Virus record (IMG/VR): IMGVR_UViG_3300029288_007068
DNA: 64,000 nucleotides
Source: a virus
Taxonomy: Duplodnaviria > Heunggongvirae > Uroviricota > Caudoviricetes
Direction: 5' to 3' (one strand)
Positions 9,190 to 17,782 of this stretch are shown here, piece by piece. A model generated the notes under the pieces. It was not told the origin of the DNA, searched no databases, and saw nothing but the letters and a program-made list of their open reading frames with translations. Within the stretch, counting starts at the first letter, position 1. The number at the start of each line of letters is the position of its first letter. The position numbers and the translations under genes were made by a program.

Positions 9190-9841
9190 GTTTATTCCCC
9201 CACAATGTAATTTGCAGGCGCGGCGTTATTCTTCCATATCCAATTTCTTTAACCCACTCGACAATTTGAAGCATCTTAGAATTGATATCTTGTTCGTTTG
9301 TTCCTTCCGGCATAAAGTAGATGTTATCTTTGACATTTATGAGTGCACATATTCGTAGCACTTCATCGAAATCCTTCCGGTCACGAATGACGAATTTAAA
9401 TGCGTCAGCTTGCAGTGACCATTTACGAAGGACATCCAAATAGCGAGGATTGAGAAAGTCCGGTTTTGGGCTGACGATAAAGGTACAAAAGCCTATGATG
9501 AGAGGGCGGTAGATAGTACCGTTAGTTTCAATGTAAATGGTTTTACCGGTCTTGAAGAGTTCTTTAACAAGGTCTTCAATTTGAGGTTGAAGGAGAGGCT
9601 CACCACCGGTGATAACTATGTTCTGACATCTATCATCGATAAGGTCTATGATTTCACTTATCTGGAGGTCTTGTCCATCTTTCGCATATTTGCTGTCACA
9701 GAAATCACAAGTAAGGTTACAACCAGACAAACGAATGAACCAAGCTGGCATTCCTATTTGTGAACCTTCGCCCTGGATAGAATAAAAAGTTTCTGAAATT
9801 TTCATATCAACCCTTCCTATCTGGTGCCCAACCCTCAACAA
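9179..9841 (-). CDS. queE: 7-carboxy-7-deazaguanine synthase (radical SAM)
   Basis: Radical-SAM cluster motif in FIRLSGCNLTCDFCDSKY (CxxxCxxC in a QueE-like context). Length 220 aa. Confidence 0.7.
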   Translation of the reverse strand: MLRVGHQIGRVDMKISETFYSIQGEGSQIGMPAWFIRLSGCNLTCDFCDSKYAKDGQDLQISEIIDLIDDRCQNIVITGGEPLLQPQIEDLVKELFKTGKTIYIETNGTIYRPLIIGFCTFIVSPKPDFLNPRYLDVLRKWSLQADAFKFVIRDRKDFDEVLRICALINVKDNIYFMPEGTNEQDINSKMLQIVEWVKEIGYGRITPRLQITLWGNKRGV

Positions 9842-10400
9842 AAGATTTAATCTCTACCCTATCAGCTTCAGTAAATGGTATATTAAGGTAGTGTTGTAAA
9901 GATATAATTTGAGTGTGACCCTGAGACAAAGTTATCATAGCAATATACTCAGGATAGAAAAAGAGCAACCACGATTCCCATGTCTTCCTGGTAGTCTTTA
10001 CTGATAACCCCTCTGGAGATAGTCCAACCTTTTCTGCCCAAGATTTAAGATTCATCCCCCAACTTTGTGTTGTTGGGACGTGGGTATTGATATTTTGAAA
10101 AAACTGAACTATCATTTTCCCTTGGTTATTCAATCTCACCCAACGTTCTTGTTGTGTTCTTGCTTTTTTAAGACACGCCTCTTTTGGAAGATGAACGAAA
10201 TCCCCATCAAACCACTCTCTATGCACTTGAAATCGTTGCATCTCTACATATCTCATACCGGTGTAAAGCATGGTTTGTAAAATTATTTTATAGTCCATTT
10301 TTTGACAACCATTCAATAAAGCTCGAAACTCTTTTGGCCGTAAAATGCGGGTTCCATTCTTTATGATGGGTCTCCTAAACTCTTCTTCTGTTGGAAACAT
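9807..10400 (-). CDS. Small tyrosine recombinase / integrase (catalytic domain only)
   Basis: Box I-like LQTMLYTGMRYVEMQRF with a conserved Arg. C-terminal LSQGHTQIISLQHYLN fits the LGH-x-x-x-T-x-x-Y tyrosine-recombinase box II pattern. Confidence 0.45.
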   Translation of the reverse strand: MFPTEEEFRRPIIKNGTRILRPKEFRALLNGCQKMDYKIILQTMLYTGMRYVEMQRFQVHREWFDGDFVHLPKEACLKKARTQQERWVRLNNQGKMIVQFFQNINTHVPTTQSWGMNLKSWAEKVGLSPEGLSVKTTRKTWESWLLFFYPEYIAMITLSQGHTQIISLQHYLNIPFTEADRVEIKSFVEGWAPDRKG

Positions 10401-10531
10401 ACTACCTCCAAGAAACTATAAAAGTCAAAGGAATTTGACCATTTTATTTATAAACAACATATGCTAACCCAAAGGTAAAGAGGTTTTGATATCTTTATGA
10501 TTACTTATCTTTTAATTTACAACGACAACAT

Positions 10532-10738
10532 TTACCATTGTTTTTTCCTTCGTTTTACAAAGGAACGTGACTCTATGTAAATACCTGCTTTAGTATCTGC
10601 GTAAGAACCAGGGCTGAATCTTTTTAATTTCAATTCATAATCCATGTGTTCTGCTTGTTTTCTTGCTTTTGCATAGGTGTCGAAATATTTGTTATCGAAA
10701 TCACCTGTTGCGGATAATCTCCATTTTTTATTTTTCAT
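10532..10738 (-). CDS. Small basic hypothetical protein
   Basis: ORF preceded by the class-2 leader cassette. Confidence 0.35.
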   Translation of the reverse strand: MKNKKWRLSATGDFDNKYFDTYAKARKQAEHMDYELKLKRFSPGSYADTKAGIYIESRSFVKRRKKQW

Positions 10739-11169
10739 AGTTTTCCTCCTAATTATAATTGAAAGGCATCTTCAAGAAGTATCATCACTCCTGAATAAAG
10801 CATAGCAAGTGCAAATGCACCAATTCCGATAAAGACCCAATAGATTTTATCGACTGTTGATGATTTCATTTCTTCTCCTGAACTAATTCTTTATAACAAT
10901 CATCGCAAACAAAACAAGCATAATCACCAACAATCGAATGGATTATTACCTTGTTTGTTCTTTTTGCTCCCTGTTTCCAGCACTCATGACACTTCATTAG
11001 TCATCCTCCATAAGTAAAAAATTACCCTTTCCATATTTTTTCACCCCATTTTCATCAACCATAGTACCGCATAAGTTACAGTAATAAGCATGAAATTGGT
11101 CATTCCATCCTAGCACGTTATTGCATTTAGGACATACTTTCATGGTTTTGCTCCTAATTAAAAGTGTAA

Positions 11170-11361
11170 TTAATCTTCATTATACTCAACCCATCGGACA
11201 ACATCTATCCATAGTTTTCCACAAGTCGAACATTTCATTGGATGATAATAGATTGATTGCAAAAGCATACCATCGCATTTCTGGTCTGGGCAATGTATTA
11301 CTTCACTTTGATGCCAATCTGGTTGTATATCGTTTCCTTCATGGTCTTTAGAGAGTTTCAT
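11170..11361 (-). CDS. Small zinc-ribbon protein
   Basis: CPDQKCDG ... CSTCGK motif pairs. Confidence 0.4.
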   Translation of the reverse strand: MKLSKDHEGNDIQPDWHQSEVIHCPDQKCDGMLLQSIYYHPMKCSTCGKLWIDVVRWVEYNED

Positions 11362-11555
11362 CGTTTCTCTCCTGTTAATTTAGAACAACAACTTTTTCCA
11401 TGCTTGTAACCATGTTTCATTGCTTGAATATAATGAAATTTTATCTTCCCGATAATCTTCAGTTCTTCACCATGAACAGTTAATAACTTTTCAATATATT
11501 CCCAATGTCGCTCAGCCAGTTTCATTCCTTCTTCTGATATCTCATTATCGGACAT
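11358..11555 (-). CDS. Small hypothetical protein
   Basis: ORF with the leader cassette and an SD. Confidence 0.35.
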   Translation of the reverse strand: MSDNEISEEGMKLAERHWEYIEKLLTVHGEELKIIGKIKFHYIQAMKHGYKHGKSCCSKLTGEKR

Positions 11556-12064
11556 ATTTTCTCACCCACACATTCCTTATAAAACTTCGTTAAGACATTA
11601 TATTGTATTTGGCAATGCCGACCATCCTCTTTAAAAAAACATTTTTTCATTACGTTCTATCTCCACATCTTTTACAATAAAAGTCCCCTTCATTACAATC
11701 ATAAACAATAGAATCTACTGCTCCACAATTTTTACAAATATTTTTAGATTTCATTTCTTCTCCTTTGATTGAACTCATTTAAAACCGCAAATTCGACATA
11801 CCCACCCTTTATCTATTTTCCATAATGGAACAGCACCACACTTTGGACAAATATCTCTTTTATCAACCATTTTAATCACCTATAATTTATAAGTTCAACT
11901 TTTTATTCAATTCTTTCTCCCTTCGTTCTAGTTCTTTCTTCGTTGGAACTAAATCATACTTTTTAAGCCAATGATTCAACCAAAGAAATCCTATCACAAT
12001 TGTTCCACCTATTCCAATTACAATTCCGTAAAGTATCCAATACCCTGTTCCATATAATTCCATT

Positions 12065-12868
12065 CTATTTCACCTCTGATAATTTAGAATCTAAAGGTTT
12101 TACCTCTGCTTTTTCTTCTTTTTCAGTATATTGTTCTTTCATCTCATCTGGGCAATACGGACATTCAAGCCAATGAAAACTCTGTTCACCTCTTGCCATA
12201 TCAAAAAGATACCAACGATGGTCTTTTCCATAAGCGAAATCAACAGACCAATATCCATCAAAAATCTTTCCAACAATCTCCGATAATTTTGTAAGTTTCT
12301 TTATCTCTGCTTCTCGTTCATAATTAAGATAGGAAAGCAAACCCTGAAAATCATCGGTGCTTGGCTGCATTATCGCAGGAGGATACCAATATGGATGATG
12401 ACATTGAAGCATCCCGTTCTTTATAAAATATCTTCGTTCTTTATTCACAGGGAATTTCCCATAGAACGCAGTAAACTTTGTCACCAATGGAATAAACTCT
12501 CTTACAAAAATCCCATTGTCATTATAAGACATCCATCCTTGCATAGCAGAATTAGATAACAATTCCATTACATGACTACTTAATTCATTTACTGACGGGA
12601 CATAACAAGTCTTATTCCAGAAATGCTTACAGCTTGAATTATCTGTCCTCATAAACAATGGATATCCTATTTCATCGGCAAGAGGTCGTATTTTTTCAGC
12701 GATTGAACTTGGATATTGATCGTTCGCAAGAAACTCCTTTTCATCATCAGTAAATCTATAAGATAATGTTTTTGGCTGTGGAATCGGTAAATCCTTTATT
12801 TTTGGATACCAATAGAACATCGTGCTTTGTTCATTAAGATTTATTTGTTCCATCAAGTCTCTTATCAT
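12065..12868 (-). CDS. Hypothetical protein, possibly ATP-grasp-like enzyme
   Basis: C-terminal WSVDFAYGKDHRWYLFDMARGEQSFHW resembles ATP-grasp C-domain signatures. Weak. Confidence 0.3.
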   Translation of the reverse strand: MIRDLMEQINLNEQSTMFYWYPKIKDLPIPQPKTLSYRFTDDEKEFLANDQYPSSIAEKIRPLADEIGYPLFMRTDNSSCKHFWNKTCYVPSVNELSSHVMELLSNSAMQGWMSYNDNGIFVREFIPLVTKFTAFYGKFPVNKERRYFIKNGMLQCHHPYWYPPAIMQPSTDDFQGLLSYLNYEREAEIKKLTKLSEIVGKIFDGYWSVDFAYGKDHRWYLFDMARGEQSFHWLECPYCPDEMKEQYTEKEEKAEVKPLDSKLSEVK

Positions 12869-13038
12869 TTCTTCTCCTTTACTCCTGTTTCCTGAACTAA
12901 TTTACAATAGGAAGGTTTATGGGGTGAAACGCAAAGAGAAGTATCTGCTTCACGCCCGATAGCAGCATTCAGCGACTTATACTGGTCCTCTGCCTTCATG
13001 CCAATATCCATGTGGTTCACCTGTCCACCCTTCCTAAT

Positions 13039-13467
13039 TTATAATGACAACTTTTTTGTGTCATAAGATTTAAACGGATACTCCAATCTATTCAATAATC
13101 CTTCAATGGTAGAAAATCGAGAAATAGGATAATACATCGCACTTCGTTCCAGAACACCATAGCACAAAACCGTCTTGCCTTTTGCTATCGCATACCCCAA
13201 CTCGATATTAGCACCATTAAACTTTTTTGGATTCTTTTCAGGTGCAACAATGACAACAACCTCTGAATTGTCGATACCGTTGAAATTACGTTCACATACC
13301 ATTTTTACTTGTGGTAAGTGATACCATTCCGAATCGGGACAGTTTATCATTTTATAGTCATGTTCCCACCATTTAATAGGGATACTGATTCCTTTTTCTT
13401 CGATTGCTTTCTCCACAACTTTAATTCTATCAAGCAAATCGAAACTACTCGCTATATAGATATTCAT
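13039..13467 (-). CDS. Nucleoside 2-deoxyribosyltransferase-like protein
   Basis: N-terminal MNIYIASSF and the VVVIVAPEKN...NIELGYAIAKGKTV pattern characteristic of the NDT / Rcl family. Confidence 0.45.
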   Translation of the reverse strand: MNIYIASSFDLLDRIKVVEKAIEEKGISIPIKWWEHDYKMINCPDSEWYHLPQVKMVCERNFNGIDNSEVVVIVAPEKNPKKFNGANIELGYAIAKGKTVLCYGVLERSAMYYPISRFSTIEGLLNRLEYPFKSYDTKKLSL

Positions 13468-13501
13468 CGTCTTTCTCCTTGTAATTTAAAAGTGCAATGT
13501 T

Positions 13502-13699
13502 TCATCGTTTTCCCTTGTAAGTTTTCTTTCCGATAAATCCTGCAATATAATCGTTTTCCCATTTTTTGAGCTTACCTGCTTTATCGAGTTTGTTTATCTC
13601 ATCAAGCATTGTTGTATTATTTTTCATCGCTTTTGTTCTCATCTCGTAGAATACTGCATCTGACATTTTTGGTAGTTTTTTATAGACCATTTTTTTCAT
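13502..13699 (-). CDS. Small basic hypothetical protein
   Basis: ORF preceded by the leader cassette. Confidence 0.35.
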   Translation of the reverse strand: MKKMVYKKLPKMSDAVFYEMRTKAMKNNTTMLDEINKLDKAGKLKKWENDYIAGFIGKKTYKGKR

Positions 13700-13916
13700 C
13701 TCCTTGTAATTTATTATCGAAAGGTTTTTCTTCTAAACCAACTACTTTATCAAATTTATAATAAACCTTGTATAATTTGTCACAATTTCCACATTCAATA
13801 AGAACCTCACGATTGTGTCGCATTGTATAATCATTCACTACTAAACCTTCTTTATGACCACAGAAAGGACATTCTGTTTCATCTACATCCATATCACTAA
13901 ATTTTATCATTTTCAA
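13680..13916 (-). CDS. Small zinc-ribbon protein
   Basis: CPFCGH ... CGNCD motif pairs. Confidence 0.4.
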   Translation of the reverse strand: MKMIKFSDMDVDETECPFCGHKEGLVVNDYTMRHNREVLIECGNCDKLYKVYYKFDKVVGLEEKPFDNKLQGDEKNGL

Positions 13917-14270
13917 TCACTTCTCCGATGATAATTTAGAATCGCAATGTTTTCTTATCAATCCATAGATTAATACACCATAACAAATCGAAAGATAAAC
14001 AAGTGGAATCACCCATTCAAACATCTCATAACCTCATTTGCTATGATTCCTGTTATCGTAAAGAATCCAATTACACCCCATGCAATCAAAATCGCTTTTA
14101 TGGTTTCGTTTAATCGTTTTTCCATATTTAATTCTTCAATCATTCTTTTTTCTCCTCTTTTGTTCTCCATGAACAATATTAAGAATAGAATCAAGTTCGT
14201 AATCAGAATATTCAGGAAGATGACCTCCAATACTAAGCAATGATGGTCTTATATTTGGTTTAAACAAACT

Positions 14271-14312
14271 CATTCTTTCTTCTCCTTACATGATGATAAT
14301 TTAAAATCGAAA
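14271..14312 (-). repeat. 42-bp perfect direct repeat, copy 1 (second copy at 14666..14707)
   Basis: The string cattctttcttctccttacatgatgataatttaaaatcgaaa occurs identically at both positions, spanning the start codon, SD and leader of two neighbouring tiny genes. Confidence 0.8.
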
Positions 14313-14665
14313 GGTTTGTGGGATGAAATAGGCAACCGACTTCTTTGTCTATACTCGTCAGTATAAACTCCATCGAAATGACCACTAGCCATTCTTCTAT
14401 TCCTATTCATCTGTCCACCCTTCCTGATTTACATCAACTAATTTATGATAGTATTTCCCTATCAATATCGGAGGGATACCAAATATCAAACCTAGAATCA
14501 ACAGTTCTAACATCAATAATTCAAATCCAGTCATTCTTTCTTCTCCTGAGATAACAACGATAAAAACCAATCCAAAGATTTAGAAACACCCAACCTAAAA
14601 TCTTCTGGTGTGTCTCTCTCAGTATCATTCATTGCTTTTTCCCATTTTATTTGTTCTTTTTGGTT

Positions 14666-14707
14666 CATTCTTTCTTCTCCTTACATGATGATAATTTAAA
14701 ATCGAAA
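14666..14707 (-). repeat. 42-bp perfect direct repeat, copy 2
   Basis: Identical to 14271..14312. Confidence 0.8.
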
Positions 14708-14811
14708 TTAAAACGCATCGGAAATCAACCCTATTCCACCACAAACACCACAAACCATTTCGTGTCCTGTTTCATATGTATATCCGCTTCCATTACATGT
14801 ATGACATATTT

Positions 14812-15045
14812 TCATGGTCTTACCTCTGATAATTTAAAAGTGGGAGGTTCCCCCATCCTTTTCACCTTTTTACTACCAATTTTACTAATCATAATCCTAT
14901 CTCCCAATTTTAACTTTTTCAACATATTAAAAAGATGTTCAGCATCATCATTAGGACAAATAAAAGCACCATAAAAACTGCCCCAAGCATGAAATGAAAT
15001 ATAAAATCCTCCGAAATTAGATTTTTCTAATTCAATACCTTTCAT
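14812..15045 (-). CDS. Small hypothetical protein
   Basis: ORF with leader cassette. Confidence 0.35.
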   Translation of the reverse strand: MKGIELEKSNFGGFYISFHAWGSFYGAFICPNDDAEHLFNMLKKLKLGDRIMISKIGSKKVKRMGEPPTFKLSEVRP

Positions 15046-15353
15046 TCTTTCTTCTCCTTTACACCTGATAATTTATAATAGATACAACTATAACAATATT
15101 CACTATGTTCAATACTTCCACTAAGACACATTCCTAATGGCTGTTCTTCATCGTGATATGTACATCGTTTCATTTCCGATTCATTGAATCTTTTAATCCA
15201 ATCCGATACAAATCTTAGTAAATCTCGACCATCGAATCCTGACCAATCCATACGAATATCTTCCGCATAACTATAAAGTTCATTAAGCAGTTTAATCTGA
15301 AATTCGTTCATTCCTTCTCCTTCATAGGATAAGCATAACCACAATCTGGACAT
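15042..15353 (-). CDS. Small Cys-containing hypothetical protein
   Basis: ORF with leader cassette. Start overlaps the next gene by 4 nt (ATGA). Confidence 0.4.
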   Translation of the reverse strand: MSRLWLCLSYEGEGMNEFQIKLLNELYSYAEDIRMDWSGFDGRDLLRFVSDWIKRFNESEMKRCTYHDEEQPLGMCLSGSIEHSEYCYSCIYYKLSGVKEKKE

Positions 15354-15997
15354 CTAAAGTTATTCATGGTTTCTCTCCTTGTAATTTAAAAATGTAATTT
15401 TCACACCAACCTCGTTCATCAATCAATTCCTGATTACCATTATTTTCAATCAAATCATAGATGCATGTTTTAGTATGCCCCTCAAAACGGAAATATCTAC
15501 AATCTTCACATTTGTTCATTCTTTCTTCTCCTTTGATTGAAGTAATTTAAAACTGTAAAATTGCATTTATTATGCTCCATTCCATAAAGAACTCAAATAC
15601 ACCAACAACACCAAGCATCAGCATAAACTCACCTTTGTCTATCGCTTTGTTTTTAAGAAGATAAGAACCGCATATCATGGATACAAACATCATTTGACTC
15701 CTTGTAATTTAGAATCACAAGTTTTTATATGAATTGTATCAACCATCTTGTACCACACTCAACACATAAATATTGGTAATCTTGAAATAATTTATTCATC
15801 TTTGATTTGCATTTCGGACAATACATCGTTTTCATCGTTTTTCTCCTTGTAATTTAAATCATCAAGGTCTATGGGCATGATGGTAGCCAGTTTTACTTCA
15901 CCCGAGTTTCGACAACCATAGATTGTTTTGTCCTTCACCCTCGTCAGAGTCCGAGTTACTTCCTGGCTATCCATCTACGCTATCCATCCTTTGTAAT

Positions 15998-16423
15998 TTA
16001 TTTATGAAAGGTTTCATTCATTAAATCTATAAAGAACTCCGGCGTTTTATATTCTCCATAATACCGATACCACATTGGTCGCTCATTGATTCTTTGTGTT
16101 ATCCTTTCTTTTATTTGGTGGACTTGTTCCTTATTTGGCTCAAAGTCCTGAAGGCGACCATTGTGCATCGTGTGCCGGCAATATATGATATCTTTAGTTG
16201 GCTTAAAGCCCCGATAAATCATTTCCTGTTTTAAGTCAAAGAAGCGCTTTATGAGATATTTAATTTTATCTTGGTAAAATCGCATTGGTTGGAGATGGTT
16301 TTCACTCGGGCGAATGTTTGGACATTTTCGGTAATAGCCAAAAAGGAGCAAGATTTCCCTATACTCAGCAATGAGATGCTGGTCGGAGAGCTGCCTCGGT
16401 TCTATCAAATTTATTCTCACCAT
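15998..16423 (-). CDS. Hypothetical protein
   Basis: ORF with a class-1 promoter at 16444..16476. Confidence 0.4.
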   Translation of the reverse strand: MVRINLIEPRQLSDQHLIAEYREILLLFGYYRKCPNIRPSENHLQPMRFYQDKIKYLIKRFFDLKQEMIYRGFKPTKDIIYCRHTMHNGRLQDFEPNKEQVHQIKERITQRINERPMWYRYYGEYKTPEFFIDLMNETFHK

Positions 16424-16443
16424 ACTATCCCTATTGAATTCTA

Positions 16444-16476
16444 ATTATATAAAGTTTGTTAAAGAGTTAATAGTAT
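16444..16476 (-). promoter_or_regulatory. Class-1 bipartite promoter motif (minus strand ACTATTAAC, 14 nt, TTATATAAT)
   Basis: Motif seen directly in the sequence, 20 nt upstream of the ATG at 16423. Confidence 0.5.
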
Positions 16477-16699
16477 CATCCTTTGGATTTTTCTTTCTCA
16501 AGTCCTTTCCACAGGTGATACAAAAGTTTTGGTCTTCCCAAGTTGGTTCGCCACATTCTGGGCAGGTAGTAACCATCTATACACCTTTGAATTTAAATGA
16601 GATTTGCTCAATCCCTTTTATCTTCCTAATCTCCTGCGCCTTTTCCAACAAATCCACTTCGTCGGAAAACCATATGATTACTTTCTTTTTTCCTTTCAT

Positions 16700-17065
16700 T
16701 TACTTACACTCTCCACATAATCCATCTCTAAACAGAAACCCCCACTTGTTACACTTTTTACAATGCCCAGCAACCATAAAGGCGTCACCATAATCCGGGT
16801 GGTCTTTATCAAACTCCTTTTCCTCATGCTTCAATGGGATTTGTACGGGCGCCTTACTCATTGGAGTAAGATAATGCACATTATATCCCTTGCTGGTCAG
16901 CTCATCGTACAAGTCCGTCCTTTTGGCTTCCGGAAATACCCATGACTTATCTGCCCGAAAGAAATACCCTTTATGGGAACGCATTATATCCACAAGGTCT
17001 GTATTATACATAAAATGAAGTTTTATTTTATTTCCATCTTTCCTAAAATTAACGGTCTGTGTCAT
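16700..17065 (-). CDS. Zinc-ribbon protein
   Basis: C-terminal CKKCNKWGFLFRDGLCGEC. Confidence 0.4.
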   Translation of the reverse strand: MTQTVNFRKDGNKIKLHFMYNTDLVDIMRSHKGYFFRADKSWVFPEAKRTDLYDELTSKGYNVHYLTPMSKAPVQIPLKHEEKEFDKDHPDYGDAFMVAGHCKKCNKWGFLFRDGLCGECK

Positions 17066-17094
17066 ATCAACCCAAAAACAATATTATTTGATAG

Positions 17095-17126
17095 ATATAT
17101 AAGGATTTTGGTTAGTTTAATAGTTA
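17095..17126 (-). promoter_or_regulatory. Class-1 bipartite promoter motif
   Basis: Minus strand AACTATTAA, 14 nt, CCTTATATA, upstream of 17065. Confidence 0.5.
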
Positions 17127-17543
17127 AGTCAAAACTCTTGGATTGACGCTTATTTTATCATAGCTCCATTCCGCTATAAAAGGTTTTAACAACTGCGGCT
17201 CTATATGAATGAGATGTCCAAAAAAGTATACTCCAACCCAGCTGTGATATCTGTTGGTCTTAATATCACGACCAACTACTTGATGGGATGCTATTCCCAA
17301 TTTATAAAAAACACTACCCATCTCAGCCGTGAAATCAACACAATTAAAGTCTTTGATGTCATACCTCAAGCCCTGACAAGACGCTAAATAAGTATGAATA
17401 ATTACCCATATCGCTATGATGTGTAATAACTTTATTACGCTTTGCTCTATTTTCTTTTTATGTTTTATTTTCCATAGCGAAAAACCGGATATGGTTTTTG
17501 GGGCAACTTCCATCTTTTCCATCTTGGCTTCCTTCCTTTCCAT
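17124..17543 (-). CDS. Transglutaminase-like cysteine peptidase domain protein with N-terminal hydrophobic segment (possible cell-wall-degrading lysis enzyme)
   Basis: FNCVDFTAEMGSVFYKLGIASHQV...YHSWVGVYF fits the transglutaminase-like core pattern (C-x-x-FA...LGI...H-x-W-x-x-V-Y). The true start is probably an internal Met, because the N-terminus overlaps the Hjc gene. Confidence 0.4.
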   Translation of the reverse strand: MERKEAKMEKMEVAPKTISGFSLWKIKHKKKIEQSVIKLLHIIAIWVIIHTYLASCQGLRYDIKDFNCVDFTAEMGSVFYKLGIASHQVVGRDIKTNRYHSWVGVYFFGHLIHIEPQLLKPFIAEWSYDKISVNPRVLT

Positions 17544-17782
17544 CTAACATAATAATAAACGTTAAATCCCTGTTGAGCGTATGCGTTCATTAAATCGTAT
17601 TGTTCTTTGTCAGATGAAGTATAGAACTTGTCGGCTTTCGTTGACTTAACTTCTATAATCTGGTGGTCATCCGGCTTAAGCGCAATTAAGTCGGCATTAT
17701 GACTTCCCGCGCTACGAAAGATAACCCAGCCACTACGTCGAAGGACGTCTCTTAATTCGCGTTCGTAATCTGCCCCAGCCAT
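17465..17782 (-). CDS. hjc: Hjc-type Holliday junction resolvase (PD-(D/E)xK)
   Basis: YERELRDVLRRSGWVIFRSAGSHNADLIALKPDDHQIIEVKSTKADKFY matches the Hjc catalytic motifs E ... RSAGS ... DLIA ... EVK. Confidence 0.55.
   Translation of the reverse strand: MAGADYERELRDVLRRSGWVIFRSAGSHNADLIALKPDDHQIIEVKSTKADKFYTSSDKEQYDLMNAYAQQGFNVYYYVRWKGRKPRWKRWKLPQKPYPVFRYGK

Larger units (their letters stand above)
10740..16030 (-). repeat. Array of at least 18 copies of a conserved ~35-nt leader cassette (minus strand AAACCTTTC-GAT-TTTAAATTA-yCAaGGAGa then ATG), one before each tiny gene
   Basis: On the plus strand the cassette reads (t)ctccttgtaatttaaaa...gaaaggttt. Copies seen near 10745, 11370, 12070, 12885, 13030, 13470, 13700, 13920, 14285, 14680, 14822, 15055, 15375, 15530, 15695, 15845, 15985, with one more at 54840. 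Confidence 0.6.

Noticed and set aside
13460-15990. Regularly recurring about 18-nt motif (ctccttgtaatttaaaa) that could be mistaken for a CRISPR array
   Set aside because: The spacing is irregular (120-400 bp). Each copy coincides with the SD and leader of a small gene. The units between copies are coding. It is a repeated translation and transcription leader, not a repeat-spacer array.
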